A stretch of 64,000 nt of DNA from Antedon mediterranea. Lineage: Eukaryota; Animalia; Echinodermata. Shown here piece after piece: positions 1 to 13,218 of this stretch. Made by a program: the position numbers and the translations under genes. The notes beneath the pieces were generated by a model. It searched no databases. It was not told where the DNA came from and was given only the letters and a program-made list of their open reading frames with translations. The DNA lies in NCBI RefSeq assembly GCF_964355755.1, contig NC_092671.1, positions 36,590,304 to 36,654,303 on the forward strand. The letters are read 5' to 3'. Numbering within the stretch: position 1 is the first letter of the stretch; each line of letters starts with the position of its first letter.

Positions 1-264
1 TTTGTGGGGGGGGGGGGGGTTGTAGAAGTATTTCTTACATTAAATAATTTTAATTAAAAATGTATTTTTTATGAATTTAATTCCCATGTAAATAGTTAAT
101 ATTCATTATTTTCAAATTTCACTTTGTATACAATTTATAATAATTTAAATTTTCAATTTTAAAATGTGTAATCTACTATATATTTGATTTGATTTAGAAA
201 TAAGTTATATTTTGAATGTGTAATTAATTTCTAACTTAATTAAAGACTGTTTGTGCAATTTGTT

Positions 265-436
265 TTCACATGACCCAAGTGGAAATAAGGACACTTTTCC
301 TGTGGCTATCCTTGTATGCAAGGTCTGTTCCTTTGTGCAAATGTTTTTTTTTCTATTTCAGTGTTAATTTGATATTCATGTACCAGTATTTATTTGAAAT
401 GACCTTGATTGCTTAATTAAAGAAACTCAAAACTCA
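265..436 (+). mobile_element. Possible 3' UTR remnant of a CR1/L2-group LINE
   Basis: GACCCAAGTGGAAATAAG...TGGCTATCC stem-like motif followed by TAAAGAAACTCAAAACTCA short-repeat tail; no coding remnant seen. Confidence 0.3.
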
Positions 437-825
437 GGGTTTTAGATAAGAGAGATAGAGATAGGAAAGAATAATCCAAAATTTACAAGGTTTAGTTCAC
501 TTTATATTTTAAGTTCCTGTTTAAATGTTCTATTGTGTATACACGTCACGTTTTGTTCCGTGTCGTTACGTTATTGAATCTTTTGTCTTGTATTTGGAAT
601 ACCAAATATAGATGAATTCAAAGCCAAAACCAAACTTAATTTGAATTCAATGTATTTCGATGAGTCACTCTCAAACGTAAAAAACAATGAATTTGTTTAA
701 AATCGACATACATTTTCTAAATGATCATAAGTTATATTTATTCTACATTAACCAGCATATTATAGCAGTTATTATTATAGCAGTTATTTGCCAGCCTTGC
801 AACAAGTAAGTGATTCAACCTTGAT

Positions 826-929
826 GTCATGTGATCCAGTGAACAATCACTGGTCACATGATTGTTGGAGTAGGTATTGTTTGTTTGTGGTTAGTTTAGT
901 ATTTCATCCAAGGTTTAGTGTCATGTGAC
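826..929. promoter_or_regulatory. Intronic cluster of M-box/CLEAR-like E-boxes in the cathepsin gene
   Basis: GTCATGTGA 826-834, GTCACATGA 853-861, GTCATGTGAC 920-929 within ~100 bp. Confidence 0.35.
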
Positions 930-1560
930 ACACTGGTAATATTATTATTTTTAGTTATATAACAAAGTATAAAGACTGCAATGACAAACATTTTATATAA
1001 TAGCATACTATTACTATAGATAAATAAATATATCTTATCAATTATCTGGTCTCAAGTAACAACAACAATTGAATCGTAATACAACTGTGTCATGTAACAG
1101 ACTGGTATTATTACATGTTGGGGTTTTTTGTAGTTATATAACTAAAGTATAAAGACTGGACAATGAAAAATCCATTTATAATAGCATAAATCAATAAATT
1201 TATATGATCATATTTATCTTATCTTGTCTATCAGGTAACACTTTACACAATCGTAACACAAACAATTCTAAGCTGATAAAAGGTTAATACTGTACAATGG
1301 ATAATCAGTAGTTGTTGATTAATACATTTACAATGGTACTCCAAGATAAGTATTTGATTAGGATTCTAAAAGTGACGCCATATGGTGTAAAATTACACAA
1401 AAACCTTCAGAACACTTGTGTGAGTTATTAATTAAAGGTTTAATTTGTTTTTGTTTTGTTTAGGTTGAACATTTTCCATACAAAGATTTTAAAGTCCTGT
1501 CTTTAGGATTGTACCAAGATACTTATATTTATTATTAAAAAACGTAATACAAAAACTCAC

Positions 1561-1803
1561 CATATCAGCGTATTCGTTCATGCCTAGTTTATAGGAGTGT
1601 TTCTTCATGTCGTATTCAAGATTGTGCTTTGCAACTTTTTTCAAATTTTCTTCCCAAATCAATCGTCTGACTTGTTCTTCGCCCTTTTCATACGCCTTGT
1701 TGTGCGTGTTCTTCCACATTTCCCAATCATCATCAAGGTCCAATATGAATGGGCTTGCAAGCGTGGCAACAATAGCCAATGATAATACTACGAAACGCAA
1801 CAT
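1561..1803 (-). CDS. CTSL: Cathepsin L-like cysteine protease, first coding exon (signal peptide plus I29 propeptide); the gene continues beyond the left edge of the window
   Basis: Hydrophobic signal MLRFVVLSLAIVATLAS; ERFNIN-type EEQVRRLIWEENLKKVAKHN; GNFD-type GMNEYADM; polypyrimidine tract plus AG acceptor 1 nt before ATG; phase-0 GTGAGT donor at 1560 after 81 codons. Confidence 0.93.
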
Positions 1804-2217
1804 TCTGTGTGAAAAAAAAAGAAACGGTTAGAAGGAGCATAGATGGATTAATACTTTTAATTTTTAGGCGTTTTTAAGTTTCTTCTTCTACAATGTTTCA
1901 GTTACAAATACTCCACCGTCATTCAATTTGTTTTGTGCTTTAGAAATTCTTATTTTTATTCTCTATTTGTATTACTTATTACGGTAAACTTAGGCCTAGT
2001 CATGGTATATGCTTTAAAAACAGCAAACAAAAAAGATGCATGGATCTGTTTTGTTATAACATCCAGGCTGTATACGTACGTCGTGTCCTCTCGGCCCAGC
2101 AGCCTGCTGATTGAGTCGAGATGAGAAACTGCTGCACAGCCGGTCAAAGAAAAGTGTACCCTAGTTATGCTAGGCCTAGATAGAATATTTAAATAAAACA
2201 ATTATTTTTTTACTTAC

Positions 2218-2275
2218 TTAATATTAAGTACAAGGTGAAAGACAACCGGTGACAAGATTTTGTAGTACGGTTTAA
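2218..2275 (-). other. Probable non-coding first exon of the cathepsin L gene
   Basis: GTAAGT donor on the minus strand at 2217-2212; TATAAAAG ~25-30 nt upstream of the inferred start; TSS approximate. Confidence 0.5.
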
Positions 2276-2297
2276 ACTTTAAAACGTGTGGGTCGTA

Positions 2298-2460
2298 CTT
2301 TTATACTGTCGTTGCTGCGTAGTGCGGTGATGTGTGTAAAGTCGCGAACAATGAACTTCCTGGTGGTTGGTGGTATAGTATCCACGGACACGTGAGACGG
2401 TATGCGTCTCGTGACTTTACACAGTCATGTGATTCGTACTCATGGATGTTATTACGTCAT
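2298..2460 (-). promoter_or_regulatory. Cathepsin L proximal promoter
   Basis: TATAAAAG (minus, 2298-2305), ETS-like CAGGAAGT (~2355-2362), CACGTGA E-box (~2389-2395), M-box GTCATGTGA (2424-2432), CRE-like TTACGTCA (~2452-2459); locally CpG-rich. Confidence 0.6.
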
Positions 2461-4605
2461 AATACTGGATGATGAAATAGTTTTTAATAATTATAACAGC
2501 GAGACTGCATGCGATATTCGGCCTATATATTATGTAAGATAATGAACAATTGATTTCCTTTTATTATTATTATTATATACGGATCAGGTGCCGTTTCCGG
2601 CCACCTCGACTCGTATGGACTATACCATTATAAAAAGATGGGAAAATAGGGGTGTCCCATTTATTAATTCAGTGTGTTAATGTGTTAAAGTACTGCTGCT
2701 TTTGTTCTTTTGTTTTTCTTGTTGTTTCAGCAACAAAGGGAAAACAACTACGCCCTGCATGCTGTAGAATTAATTTCAGTTTTCAAGTTAATGCAGTATA
2801 TTATGGCTTTTATTTCTATATAATGTTTACAGATTTATAGATACAGAAAGTATATAAAGAAAATATAATTTACCTAACGATAACACAGTAGTACATTTAA
2901 TAAAGATGACAGTATACATTTAATAAGATCTATCACATACTCTGATTATTAGGTAATCAGTAAAACAAATAAACATTATAATTTTGTCAATCTGTACCAT
3001 TTTGTTCCCAGAAAACACAGCGTTTGACATTGCATGTTTTTAGGTTTGGTTTTTCTAAAATGTTTTAAACACGTTTTTAAACGTTTCTGTGTAGAAATAC
3101 ATGTTCTAATTGAACAACATTTGCATCAAAAACGTTATAATAGCGAATGCAAAACGGAGCTGATAATGTCGCCATGAAGAGGATGATTGGTGGTGTCTTC
3201 TATAGCATGGAATACACCGGCAAGCCGTTCGCTGTAGAACGAGTCAAGCATTTGCATAGACAAACCAATTACTTTCCACGCTCTACCCAGCACCTTCTCA
3301 ATTTGGTCTTTATCCCCCTTACATTCCCTTACTGATATTCCTAGCCCAATACACAATATGCCCAAATAGAACATCACTGATTAGAGTAAAACATAAACAC
3401 TACTGCCAGATACTTATAATTGTTAACAATCTCTACTTCCTTTACTTTAATTAATGTATACTGTCAGACCAATTATGTTTTCGAAAATCAATCCTTATTT
3501 CTTTCGTTTTATTTATGTTTAGTTCAAGAAAATAAAAAATATGATTTATCTACCGATAGGATTGGGCCTATTAGAATGCATTTCCCAACATTCTTTAACA
3601 TATTTCACAACATTATAGAGTTTAGGTAATTTAACCGATTGTAATGTAGTATTTAGGATATTTTAATATCGATTGTACTGTAGTATTTAGGATGTTTTAA
3701 TTACGATTGTATTGTAGTCCATGGGATTTAGACTTTTAACTCACACAAATTGCAAGAAAAGGTTTTTTTGATGAAATGTGTTCTTTAGACCCTACTGAAG
3801 ACATTTATCAACGTTAGGACATTTTTCGACAACGGGAAGTAGCCTAATTTGCATAATTAAAAATGGCGGCCATTTTTAATAACGTACTATGTATCTTGGA
3901 AACCGCTAGTCACAGATACTTAATTATGGTGTTAAAATCGTTAGAATATATGTATTTATATTCACTTTAATGAAAAAGTTTGTCCAAAAATGAATGGAAG
4001 TGCTATTTCTAACATTATTAACCTTTGACCTTGAATTCTCATATCTCAGCAACCACTAATCGGAGATATACAAATTAGGGCTTAAATTGTTCAGAAACTG
4101 CACATTTATATCCAGTCTAATGGCATGTTTTTGCAAAAAATGGCGGATTCTAACATTATTGACCTTTGACCTTGATTTATCATATCTCAGCAACCACTAA
4201 TCGGAGATATACAAATTAGGGCTTAAATTGTTCAGAAACTACACATTTATATCCAGTCTAATGGCATGTTTTTGCAAAAAATGGCCGATTCTAACATTAT
4301 TGACCTTTGAACTTTACACTACATAAAATCGCATAACTTTGAAAATATTGTACATATGAAATTATTTTTAGTGTCAAATTGTTCAGAACATACATGTTTC
4401 TATAGAGTCCAATGACACATTATGTCCAATAATGGCCTATTGTATGGTTATTAACATTTGAACTATATTTGAAAAGGATTTAAACCCGGAATCTTCTTCA
4501 TGTGGACATCCATTAGAACATGTGATTTGGCACTCTAAAATGTAAGAGTTGCAACGTTGACTTATTATGTTTAGTTTAAAGTAGGCCATTGGTACATTAA
4601 ATTTA

Positions 4606-5801
4606 CTAGATGATACGCTCGCTTCGCTCGCGTACCATCTAGGTCGTCACCACAGATGGTTCTCGAATACATAATAATTTCAGCGTTAAAAAACTGACGA
4701 TTTCAAATGTACAATAATGCAGGACAATAAGACACTGATTTATGTACTCAACTAAAATTAGCACCCTGGGAATTACTTCCGACAGAGAAACTTGTCGCAA
4801 AATGAGACCAATTGTTTAAGTCAAATTTAAACAAACTTAATGTGTGTTTTGTATGTAACATTATGGTTGAGGGATGGGGAAGAGGATGGGTGCAAAGAGG
4901 AACAATTTTTATATATAGTCTTTATCCATTTAATAACGAAATATTAATTGTTTTCATGTTTTACAAATAATATACCACTAAACACAGTAAAGCATTGCGA
5001 TGTAATTGAAACTATCACCGTCCTAGTCGATTGAAATAGTACAGTACATGTAACGATACACTACGACGTATATATGTTTATATAATGTTAAACAATTTGT
5101 GAAAACCACCTCTCTATTCGGGGCAAATCATAAATTCGATTTAATCGTTAATAAATATTAAATTATCTAACTCAATTTAATTAGTAGGCCTAATGGTTTT
5201 CAATTGTTTCTAGAGCCAATTCATACTTAAGTTGGTTCCTACCCTCCCACCCGAAGTTGTTGTTGATCCTTCGTACCATGAGTATACAGTACTTGCCTTT
5301 ACGACGCCTGAGGGAATAGACACTTGTGGAACAGAGATTGGAATGTTCCATTCATTTCAAATCAATACATTTGCATAAACGTATATTAAATCTATCAAAA
5401 TAGTATTTTTTAAAGAAAATCGGCCTGTCTTCAACATTATGATACTGTACGCGAGCTGTTCAACCGGTTTTCAGCTATTAAAAACAATTATCGTAGGAGG
5501 AGATAGGAAAATGCGAAGCCTCCTCGCATTTTTGTGGCGGGTATTTTTCAAGATGGACATCCATTAGACAGTGTATACCACGATCGGAAAACACCCCTAT
5601 TTGGGGCAAATCGTTGAACCTAAATTCGTTTTAATCGTCAGTAACTAATTATCTAACTTAATTTAATTAGTAAACAGGGTTACATCAGGTGGTTAAAATC
5701 AGTACCGAAAGTACGAACCAACTTTATATACCATCGAGTAAAAATTCTAAAAGTAAGGCGCGATTTACCGAATTTTGCCCTTACGTAAATTTATATATAG
5801 A
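4606..5801 (-). mobile_element. Non-autonomous Helitron, copy 1
   Basis: Minus strand begins TCTATATATA and ends with a GCGAAGC-loop hairpin and CTAG followed by T. Confidence 0.8.
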
Positions 5802-7360
5802 CTAGATGGCACGCTCGCTTCGCTCGCGTACCATCTAGGTCGTGCCCACAGATGGTTCTCGAATACACAGTATTTCCAGCGAGAAAAAAATGGAGATTTC
5901 AAGTGTACGTACCGCAGGACTATAATACATTGTCGTTTACAGAAACGAATAAATATACACAATGATTTATGTAGTCAACCAAAATTAGCACCCTGGGAAT
6001 TACTTCCGAGAGAGAAACAAAATGAGTCAACATTTTTTATTTGGACTCATTTAAACAAACCCAATTTGTGTTTTGTATGTAACATTAAGGGTTGAGGGAT
6101 GGGGAAGAAGATAGGTACAAAGAGGAAACATTTTAAAATATATTCTTATCCACTCAGTAACGAAATATTGTTTTTAATGTGTTATAGGCCTATATAAATA
6201 ATATACCACTAAATACAGTAAAACATTTACGATTTAATACGGTACTTTGTTAAAACACTCACTGTCATAGTCGATTGAAATAGTAAAGTACATGTAACGA
6301 TACACCACTACGACGTTTATATATTTTTAAATTATTAATTAATACAAACGTTGAGAAGCAACTGTCAGTAATAACGTTTATTTATTTGTATATTATATGT
6401 TTATAATCTAACAGTAGGGCCTACCCACACTCACAGTAATAAAGTTTATTTGTATATATTTTTATATTACATCTAACAGTACCAACACTCACAGTAAGAA
6501 ATTTGCGATTCAAATTGCGATCAAAAGTGGTTAATACCTTAACAGTATTGTACAGCTTTGCAATACTATTTATGTTTATTCTCCAAGGGGGCCCATAAAT
6601 CTAAATCTATACCTCTATGGTTAAACCAAATAATTTGGAATGTTTATTTGTATATTATATGTTTATAATCTAACAGTAGGGCCTAACCACACTCACAGTA
6701 ATAAAGTTTATTTGTATATATTTTTATATTACATCTAACAGTACCAACACTCACAGTAAGAAATTTGCGATTCAAATTGCGATCAAAAGTGGTTAATACC
6801 TTAACAGTATTGTACAGCATTGCAATACTATTTATGTTTATTCTCCAAGGGGGCCCATAAATCTAAATCTATACCTCTATGGTTAAACCAAATAATTTGG
6901 AATGTTACATTCATCACAAATCAATACATTTGTAAAAACGTATATTAAATGTATCAAAATAGTATTTTTTAAAGAAAATCGGCCTGTCTTCAACATTATG
7001 ATGCTGTACTCGAACTGTTCAACCGGTTTTCAGCTATTAAAAACAATTATCGTAGGAGGAGATAGGAAAATGCGAAGCCTCCTCGCATTTTTGTGGCGGG
7101 TATTTTTCAAGATGGACATCCATTAGACAGTGTATACCACGATCGGAAAACACCCCTATTTGGGGCAAATCGTTGAACCTAAATTCGTTTTAATCGTCAA
7201 TAACTAATTATCTAACTTAATTTAATTAGTAAACAGGGTTACATCAGGTGGTTAAAATCAGTACCGAAAGTACGAACCAACTTTATATGCCATCGAGTAA
7301 AAATTCTAGAAGTAAGGCGCGATTTACCGAATTTTGCCCTTACGTAAATTTATATATAGA
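5802..7360 (-). mobile_element. Non-autonomous Helitron, copy 2, head-to-tail with copy 1
   Basis: A|TC 5' end at 7361/7360; hairpin plus CTAG 3' end abutting the TC of copy 1; both terminal ~450 bp blocks shared with copy 1, middle differs. Confidence 0.8.
6381..6903. repeat. Near-perfect 262-bp tandem duplication inside Helitron copy 2
   Basis: TTTATTTGTATATTATATG at 6381 and 6643; sequences match almost throughout. Confidence 0.85.
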
Positions 7361-7862
7361 TAAGCATAAACTATTGCATTCATCCATAAACTGCCTACAA
7401 GTTTACACGTTTGTTTATTTTATTTCTTATCGTCCTCGCAGCTGAAGCTGAATTACAAGATATTTATATTAAAAGCATTAAAATTGATGGTTAAAAATGG
7501 TAAAAATTAAATCACATAGAAACATGGTACATACACAATACATTCACGTAAAAAAAGTACAAAAACAAATTATAAAAGGTTAAAAACTATACACCACTAG
7601 TAGTCATACTGTATATGGTTATTGAAATAATAAATAAATTCCATAAGAAACTGAGGTTTTTACTGTATACGGCGAAAATATTGCAAGTGGTGGTCAGCCT
7701 AATTATGAGTCTCGATAGCCAATTTAAACTAAACTAAATATGTTGCATTAATATCGATCTTTTAGAATTCCAGTTGTCAACAATGCGTCTAGTAGTAGAA
7801 AAGGCCTTCTTAATAAGACTATGTTTCAACCTAAAAGAATGCCCTCAAGAGTAAATATAAAC

Positions 7863-7890
7863 CAGGGAGTTGTTATTAGACAACTCCCTG
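7863..7890. mobile_element. 28-bp palindromic micro-insertion with 7-bp TSD (P/Galileo-type footprint)
   Basis: TATAAAC|CAGGGAGTTGTTATTAGACAACTCCCTG|TATAAAC. Confidence 0.75.
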
Positions 7891-10800
7891 TATAAACTAA
7901 ATAATCTTTAGAAATTTGTTTGTTGAATATGCCATTTAATGCCAATTTAATTTGATCGAAAAATAAATTACTAATTTGAAAAAAACTTTAATAAACCTGC
8001 AAAATGACATGGCCTATTTAAAGTATGTACAATATATCATTAAAAAAACGACATCTTTGTTGGCTCTGTTAATAGTGTGAACACCAAATTTCTCCTGAGT
8101 AAGATGCAAGACCTAATTTAAAATTTATTAATAATCCAAACCTATAATGTATGTATACATAGTCTAATATTTTTTTTAAAAGTGAATATTTTCAGTAACT
8201 AAATTAAATCAACTGGTTACATGCACGTTAAATTACCACCATATTCTAAACAACAAGTACGGTAGTGCCAAATCAAATGTTCCAATGAATGCCTACATGA
8301 AGAAGATTCCGGGTTTAAATCCTTTTCAAATATAGTTCAAATGTTAATAACCATACAATAGGCCATTATTGGACAAAATGTGTCATTGGACTCTATAGAA
8401 ACATGTATGTTCTGAACAATTTGACACTAAAAATAATTTCATATGTACAATATTTTCAAAGTTATGCGATTTTATGTAGTGTAAAGTTCAAAGGTCAATA
8501 ATGTTAGAATCGGCTATTTTTTGCAAAAACATGCCATTAGACTAAATATAAATGTGTAGTTTCTGAACATTTTGAGCCATATTTTGTGTCTCTCCTATTA
8601 GTGGTTGCTAAGATATGATAACTCAAGGTCAAAGGTCAATAATGTTAGAATCCGTCATTTTTTGCAAAAACATGCCATTAGACTAGATATAAATGTGTAG
8701 TTTTTGAACAATTTAAGCCCTAATTTGTATATCTCCGATTAGTGGTTGCTGAGATATGAGAATTCAAGGTCAAAGGTCAATAATGTTAGAAATAGCACTT
8801 CCATTCATTTTTGGACAAACTTTTTCAATAAAGTGAATATAAAAACATATATTTTAACGATTTTGACACCATAATTAAGTATCTGTGACTAGCGGTTTCC
8901 AAGATACAGAGTACGTTATTAAAATTGGCAGCCATTTTTAATTATGCAAATTAGGCTACTTCCCGTTGTCGAAAAATGTCCTAACGTTGATAATTGTGTT
9001 CAGTAGGGTCTAAAGAACACATTTCATCAAAAAAACCTTTTCTTGCAATTTGTGTGAGAAAAGGGTCATTTTTTAGCTAAATCCCATGGACTATTGTAGT
9101 ATTTAAGATTTTCTAATTTCGAATCCGATTGTACTAAAATTTAAAGTGTTTAAATCCAGATAGGAATAACATAGGCCTTGTATTTTATATACTTTAATTT
9201 TGATTATACTGTAGTGTTTAGTTTAGTTTTTATATATAATAAGTAAGTATACCTACTTATATAGTTTTTATTCATTCATAGGAATCACCTTTATATTGGT
9301 GTCACACATTTATCAGTTAATGGTGCATCCAATTTACAAACAGAATTACAAATAACATAAGCCACAAAGTTCTAAATACTAATACATACCATCAAAACAA
9401 AATGTAAACTAATTAATTAATTAGATCTGTATGAAAATACATAATACGTAAATTGTACAATAACTACAAAAATACAGGATAGGCCTAATAAATAAATAAA
9501 ACATACAGATACATCCTCATAGAGATGTCTGTAGCTTGTTTACTATATTAATCAATTAGTTGAGAGAGGTAATGCTGATAACATCTAGTAACCCATGCTT
9601 TCATTCAATATTTTTTACAATAAAAATCAAAGATTTTTCCAAATGTTTCATTTTCAGTGAATAAACTGTCTAGCATAAAGTGGTGTTTTAATTCCTGAGG
9701 TCCACAATTACAATTATCCAGTACATACTTAATTATTGTCTAACAGAGTTTAATGAAGGACATTTAATAAATAAAAAATGGTTTACTGTTTCTTTTTCGT
9801 TAGTACTACACATCTTACATAATCCTGTGTTATGATTTGACCAGGATTGTCTACGACCCTCAAGATCTAGAGAGTTTGATCTTGCTTTAAATTTTAAATT
9901 GATACCCTTAAAATTAGTTTTATCTAACAAATATTGTTCAAGGTTTGGTTCCTTTATACATAGTATATTCCGTTAACGTTGTTTTGCATGGAATTTCGTT
10001 TTGCTTTGGGCCTTTGAAAACCACTCGTTATGATCAACTTGTTTATTATTTTTTCTAAATGGCTTTATCCAGTTAGTAGATGCATGGTTCATTAAATTTG
10101 TCTATAAAATTTGTTTTATTTAAAATATCTTTAGTTAGTATAGTAATATTGTTGGCATTCCCTAACACAGTTACCTAATAATAACATGCCTTATAAAAAG
10201 TACATGCATTGCTAGGTTTGATGTTTTGTATTGTTCCTTGTAGTTTGTACTGTAGGTTACATAACAGAACAATTGTATTGTCTTCCCATTCAATAGACAC
10301 CCTTCTCTACATAACACATAATACACCACACCACCTCGACTTGTATGGACTATACCATTATAAAGAGATGGCAAAATAGGGGTGTCCCATTTATTAATTG
10401 AGTGTGTTAATGTGTTAAAGTACTGCTGCTTTTGTTTTTCTTGTTGTTTCAGCAACAAAGGGAAAACAACTACGCCCTGCATGCTGTAGAATTAATTTCA
10501 GTTTTCAAGTTAATGCAGTATATTATGGCTCTTTATTTCTATATAATGTTTACAGATTTATAGATACAGAAAGTATAAGAAAATATAATTTACCTAACGA
10601 TAACACAGTAGTACATTTAATAAAGATGACAGTATACATTTAATAAGATCTATCACATACTCTGATTATTAGGTAATCAGTAAAACAAATAAACATTATA
10701 ATTTTGTCAATCTGTACCATTTTGTTCCCAGAAAACACAGCGTTTGACATTGCATGTTTTTAGGTTTGGTTTTTCTAAAATGTTTTAAACACGTTTTTAA

Positions 10801-11226
10801 ACGTTTCTGTGTAGAAATACATGTTCTAATTGAACAACATTTGCATCAAAAACGTTATAATAGCGAATGCAAAACGGAGCTGATAATGTCGCCATGAAGA
10901 GGATGATTGGTGGTGTATACATCGGCAAGCCGTTCGCTGTAGAACGAGTCAAGCATTTGCATAGACAACCCAATTACTTTCCACGCTCTATCCAGCACCT
11001 TCTCAATTCGGTCTTTATCCCCCTTACATTCCCTTACTGATATTCTTAGCCCAATATACAATATGCCCAAATAGAACATCACTGATTAGTAAAACATAAA
11101 CATTCTATAGTACAAATATCCTGCTTCACCCCAAAGAACCGAGTTTCCTCAAGCAGTACAGCCTTGTATTTAACTTCTTAACTACGATCAACATGTCCAC
11201 TACTGCCAGATACTTATAATTGTTAA

Positions 11227-11834
11227 AGCTCAGATACAGGCATGAATTTTAAATATAATATCTGGTTAATTGTACATAAATCAAATATTTGTAACAGAAA
11301 TCAAGACGAAAAAGCATGAATTTCCCTTAATATGGTCAAATACAAAATTTGGCAAAAATTTGCCATAAAAACCAGGAAGACTTTTTTTCAGTAGTTAGGT
11401 AGTTTAACCTATGTAATAACATGTCTGGTGACTCCCTAGAAGGTGAAAAAAGATGGTGGATATATGGTGGATAATTTTTGCTTTAGCATGAAAATAAAAA
11501 TCTGAAGTTGAATAAAAATACTAGAAATGTAAAATTCAAGTTATATTACCTATATTTAGTCATTTGATAACATTTTTTACCACACCGTTTATTTTTCATA
11601 GCTTTTTAAAATGCCTCTCTATTTACAAAATTTGTGTATAAAAGAATAGAGATTTTACTGTGTAAGTTGAACTATCCCCCCCCCCCCCCCCACTGATAAG
11701 AAAGTGCTTATTTTCAACAAGCTCGTGTAACACAAATAAAATCCCAAAAATTATGAAACATAATTATGGGAAACTATAGATCGATAATTATTGGAATGTA
11801 TGATCAATAGAAATTTTTTGCCCGCACCTGGCCT
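11227..11834. mobile_element. Non-autonomous Kolobok-type DNA transposon (608 bp)
   Basis: TTAA TSD (11223-11226, 11835-11838), AG...CT termini, imperfect ~24 bp TIR; empty site TTGTTAACAATC in other array copies. Confidence 0.8.
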
Positions 11835-12783
11835 TTAACAATCTCTACTTCCTTTACTTTAATTAATGTATACTGTCAGACCAATTATGTTTTCGAAAAT
11901 CAATCCTTATTTCTTTCGTTTTATTTATGTTTAATTCAAGAAAATAAAAAATATGATTTATCTACCGATAGGATTGGGCCGATTAGAATGCATTTGCCAA
12001 CATTCTTTAACATATTTCACAACATTATAGAGTTTAGGTAATTTAACCGATTGTAATTTTGTATTTAGGATATTTTAATATCGATTGTTCTGTAGTATTT
12101 AGGATGTTTTAATTACGATTGTATTGTAGTATTTAAGATTTTCTAATTTCGAATCCGATTGTACTAAAATTTAAAGTGTTTAAATCCAGATAGGAATAAC
12201 ATAGGCCTTGTATTTTATATACTTTAATTTTGATTATACTGTAGTGTTTAGTTTAGTTTTTATATATAATAAGTAAGTATACCTACTTATATAGTTTTTA
12301 TTTATTCATAGGAATCACCTTTATATCGGTGTCACACATTTATCAGTTAATGGTGCATCCAATTTACAGACAAAATTACAAATAACATAAGCCACAAAGT
12401 TCTAAATACTAATACATAACATCAAAACAAAATGTAAACTAATTAATTAATTAGATATGTATGAAAATACATAATACGTAAATTGTACAATAACTACAAA
12501 AATAAAAACAGAACAACAAAAATACAGGATAGGCTTAATAAATAAATAAAACTTACAGATACATCCTCATAGAGATGTCTGTAGCTTGGTTACTATATTA
12601 ATCAATTAGTTGAGAGAGGTAATGCTGATAACATCTAGTAACCCATGCTTTCATTAAATATTGTTTACAATAAAAATCAAAGATTTTTCCAAATGTTTCA
12701 TTTTCAGTGAATAAACTGTCTAGCATAAAGTGGTGTTTTAATTCCTGAGGTCCACAATTACAATTATCCCAGTACATACTTAA

Positions 12784-13218
12784 TTATTGTCTAACAGAGT
12801 TTAATGAAGGACACTTGAATAAAAAATGGTTTACTGTTTCTTTTTCGTTAGTACTACACATCTTACATAATCCTGTGTTATGATTTGACCAGGATTGTCT
12901 ACGACCCTCAAGATCTAGAGAGTTTGATCTTGCTTTAAATTTTAAATTGATACTCTTAAAATTAGTTTTATGTAACAAATATTGTTCAAGGTTTGGTTCC
13001 TTTCTACATAGTATATTCCGTTAAGGTTGTTTTGCATGGAATTTCGTTTTGCTTTGGGCCTTTGAAAACCACTCGTTATGATCAACTTGTTTATTATTTT
13101 TCCTAATAAATGGCTTTATCCAGTTAGTAGATGGTTCTTCATTAAATTTGTCTATAAAATTTGTTTTATTTAAAATATCTTTAGTTAATATAGTAATATT
13201 GTTGGCATTCCCTAACAC
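12784..13218 (-). pseudogene. Decayed C-terminal fragment of a non-LTR retrotransposon ORF2 (CCHC zinc motif, RTE-X-like), carried in each array unit; other copies at ~9733, 15709, 18562, 24088, 30157
   Basis: FKARSNSLDLEGRR...LCKMC...ETVNHFLFKCPSLNSVR matches the C-x2-C...E-x3-H-x4-C motif; flanking frames disrupted. Confidence 0.7.

Larger units (their letters stand above)
3715..9093. mobile_element. Non-autonomous DNA transposon with ~830 bp TIRs, Academ-like
   Basis: TAGTCCATGGGATTTAG...CTAAATCCCATGGACTA termini; TIRs 3715-4544 and 8264-9093; 3-bp TSD TTG confirmed by empty sites in other array copies (5- or 7-bp parses are also possible); TAG ends with 3-bp TSD fit Academ. Confidence 0.8.

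Noticed and set aside
1489-1560. C-terminal 23 aa of the 104-aa cathepsin ORF (likewise 54608-54699 of the MCC ORF)
   Set aside because: Read-through into introns past canonical donor sites
10171-10482. Recurrent 103-aa ORF MQGVVVFPLLL... in several array units
   Set aside because: Spans the unit junction and inverted repeat, is frameshifted in other copies and has no recognisable domain; recurrence reflects DNA duplication
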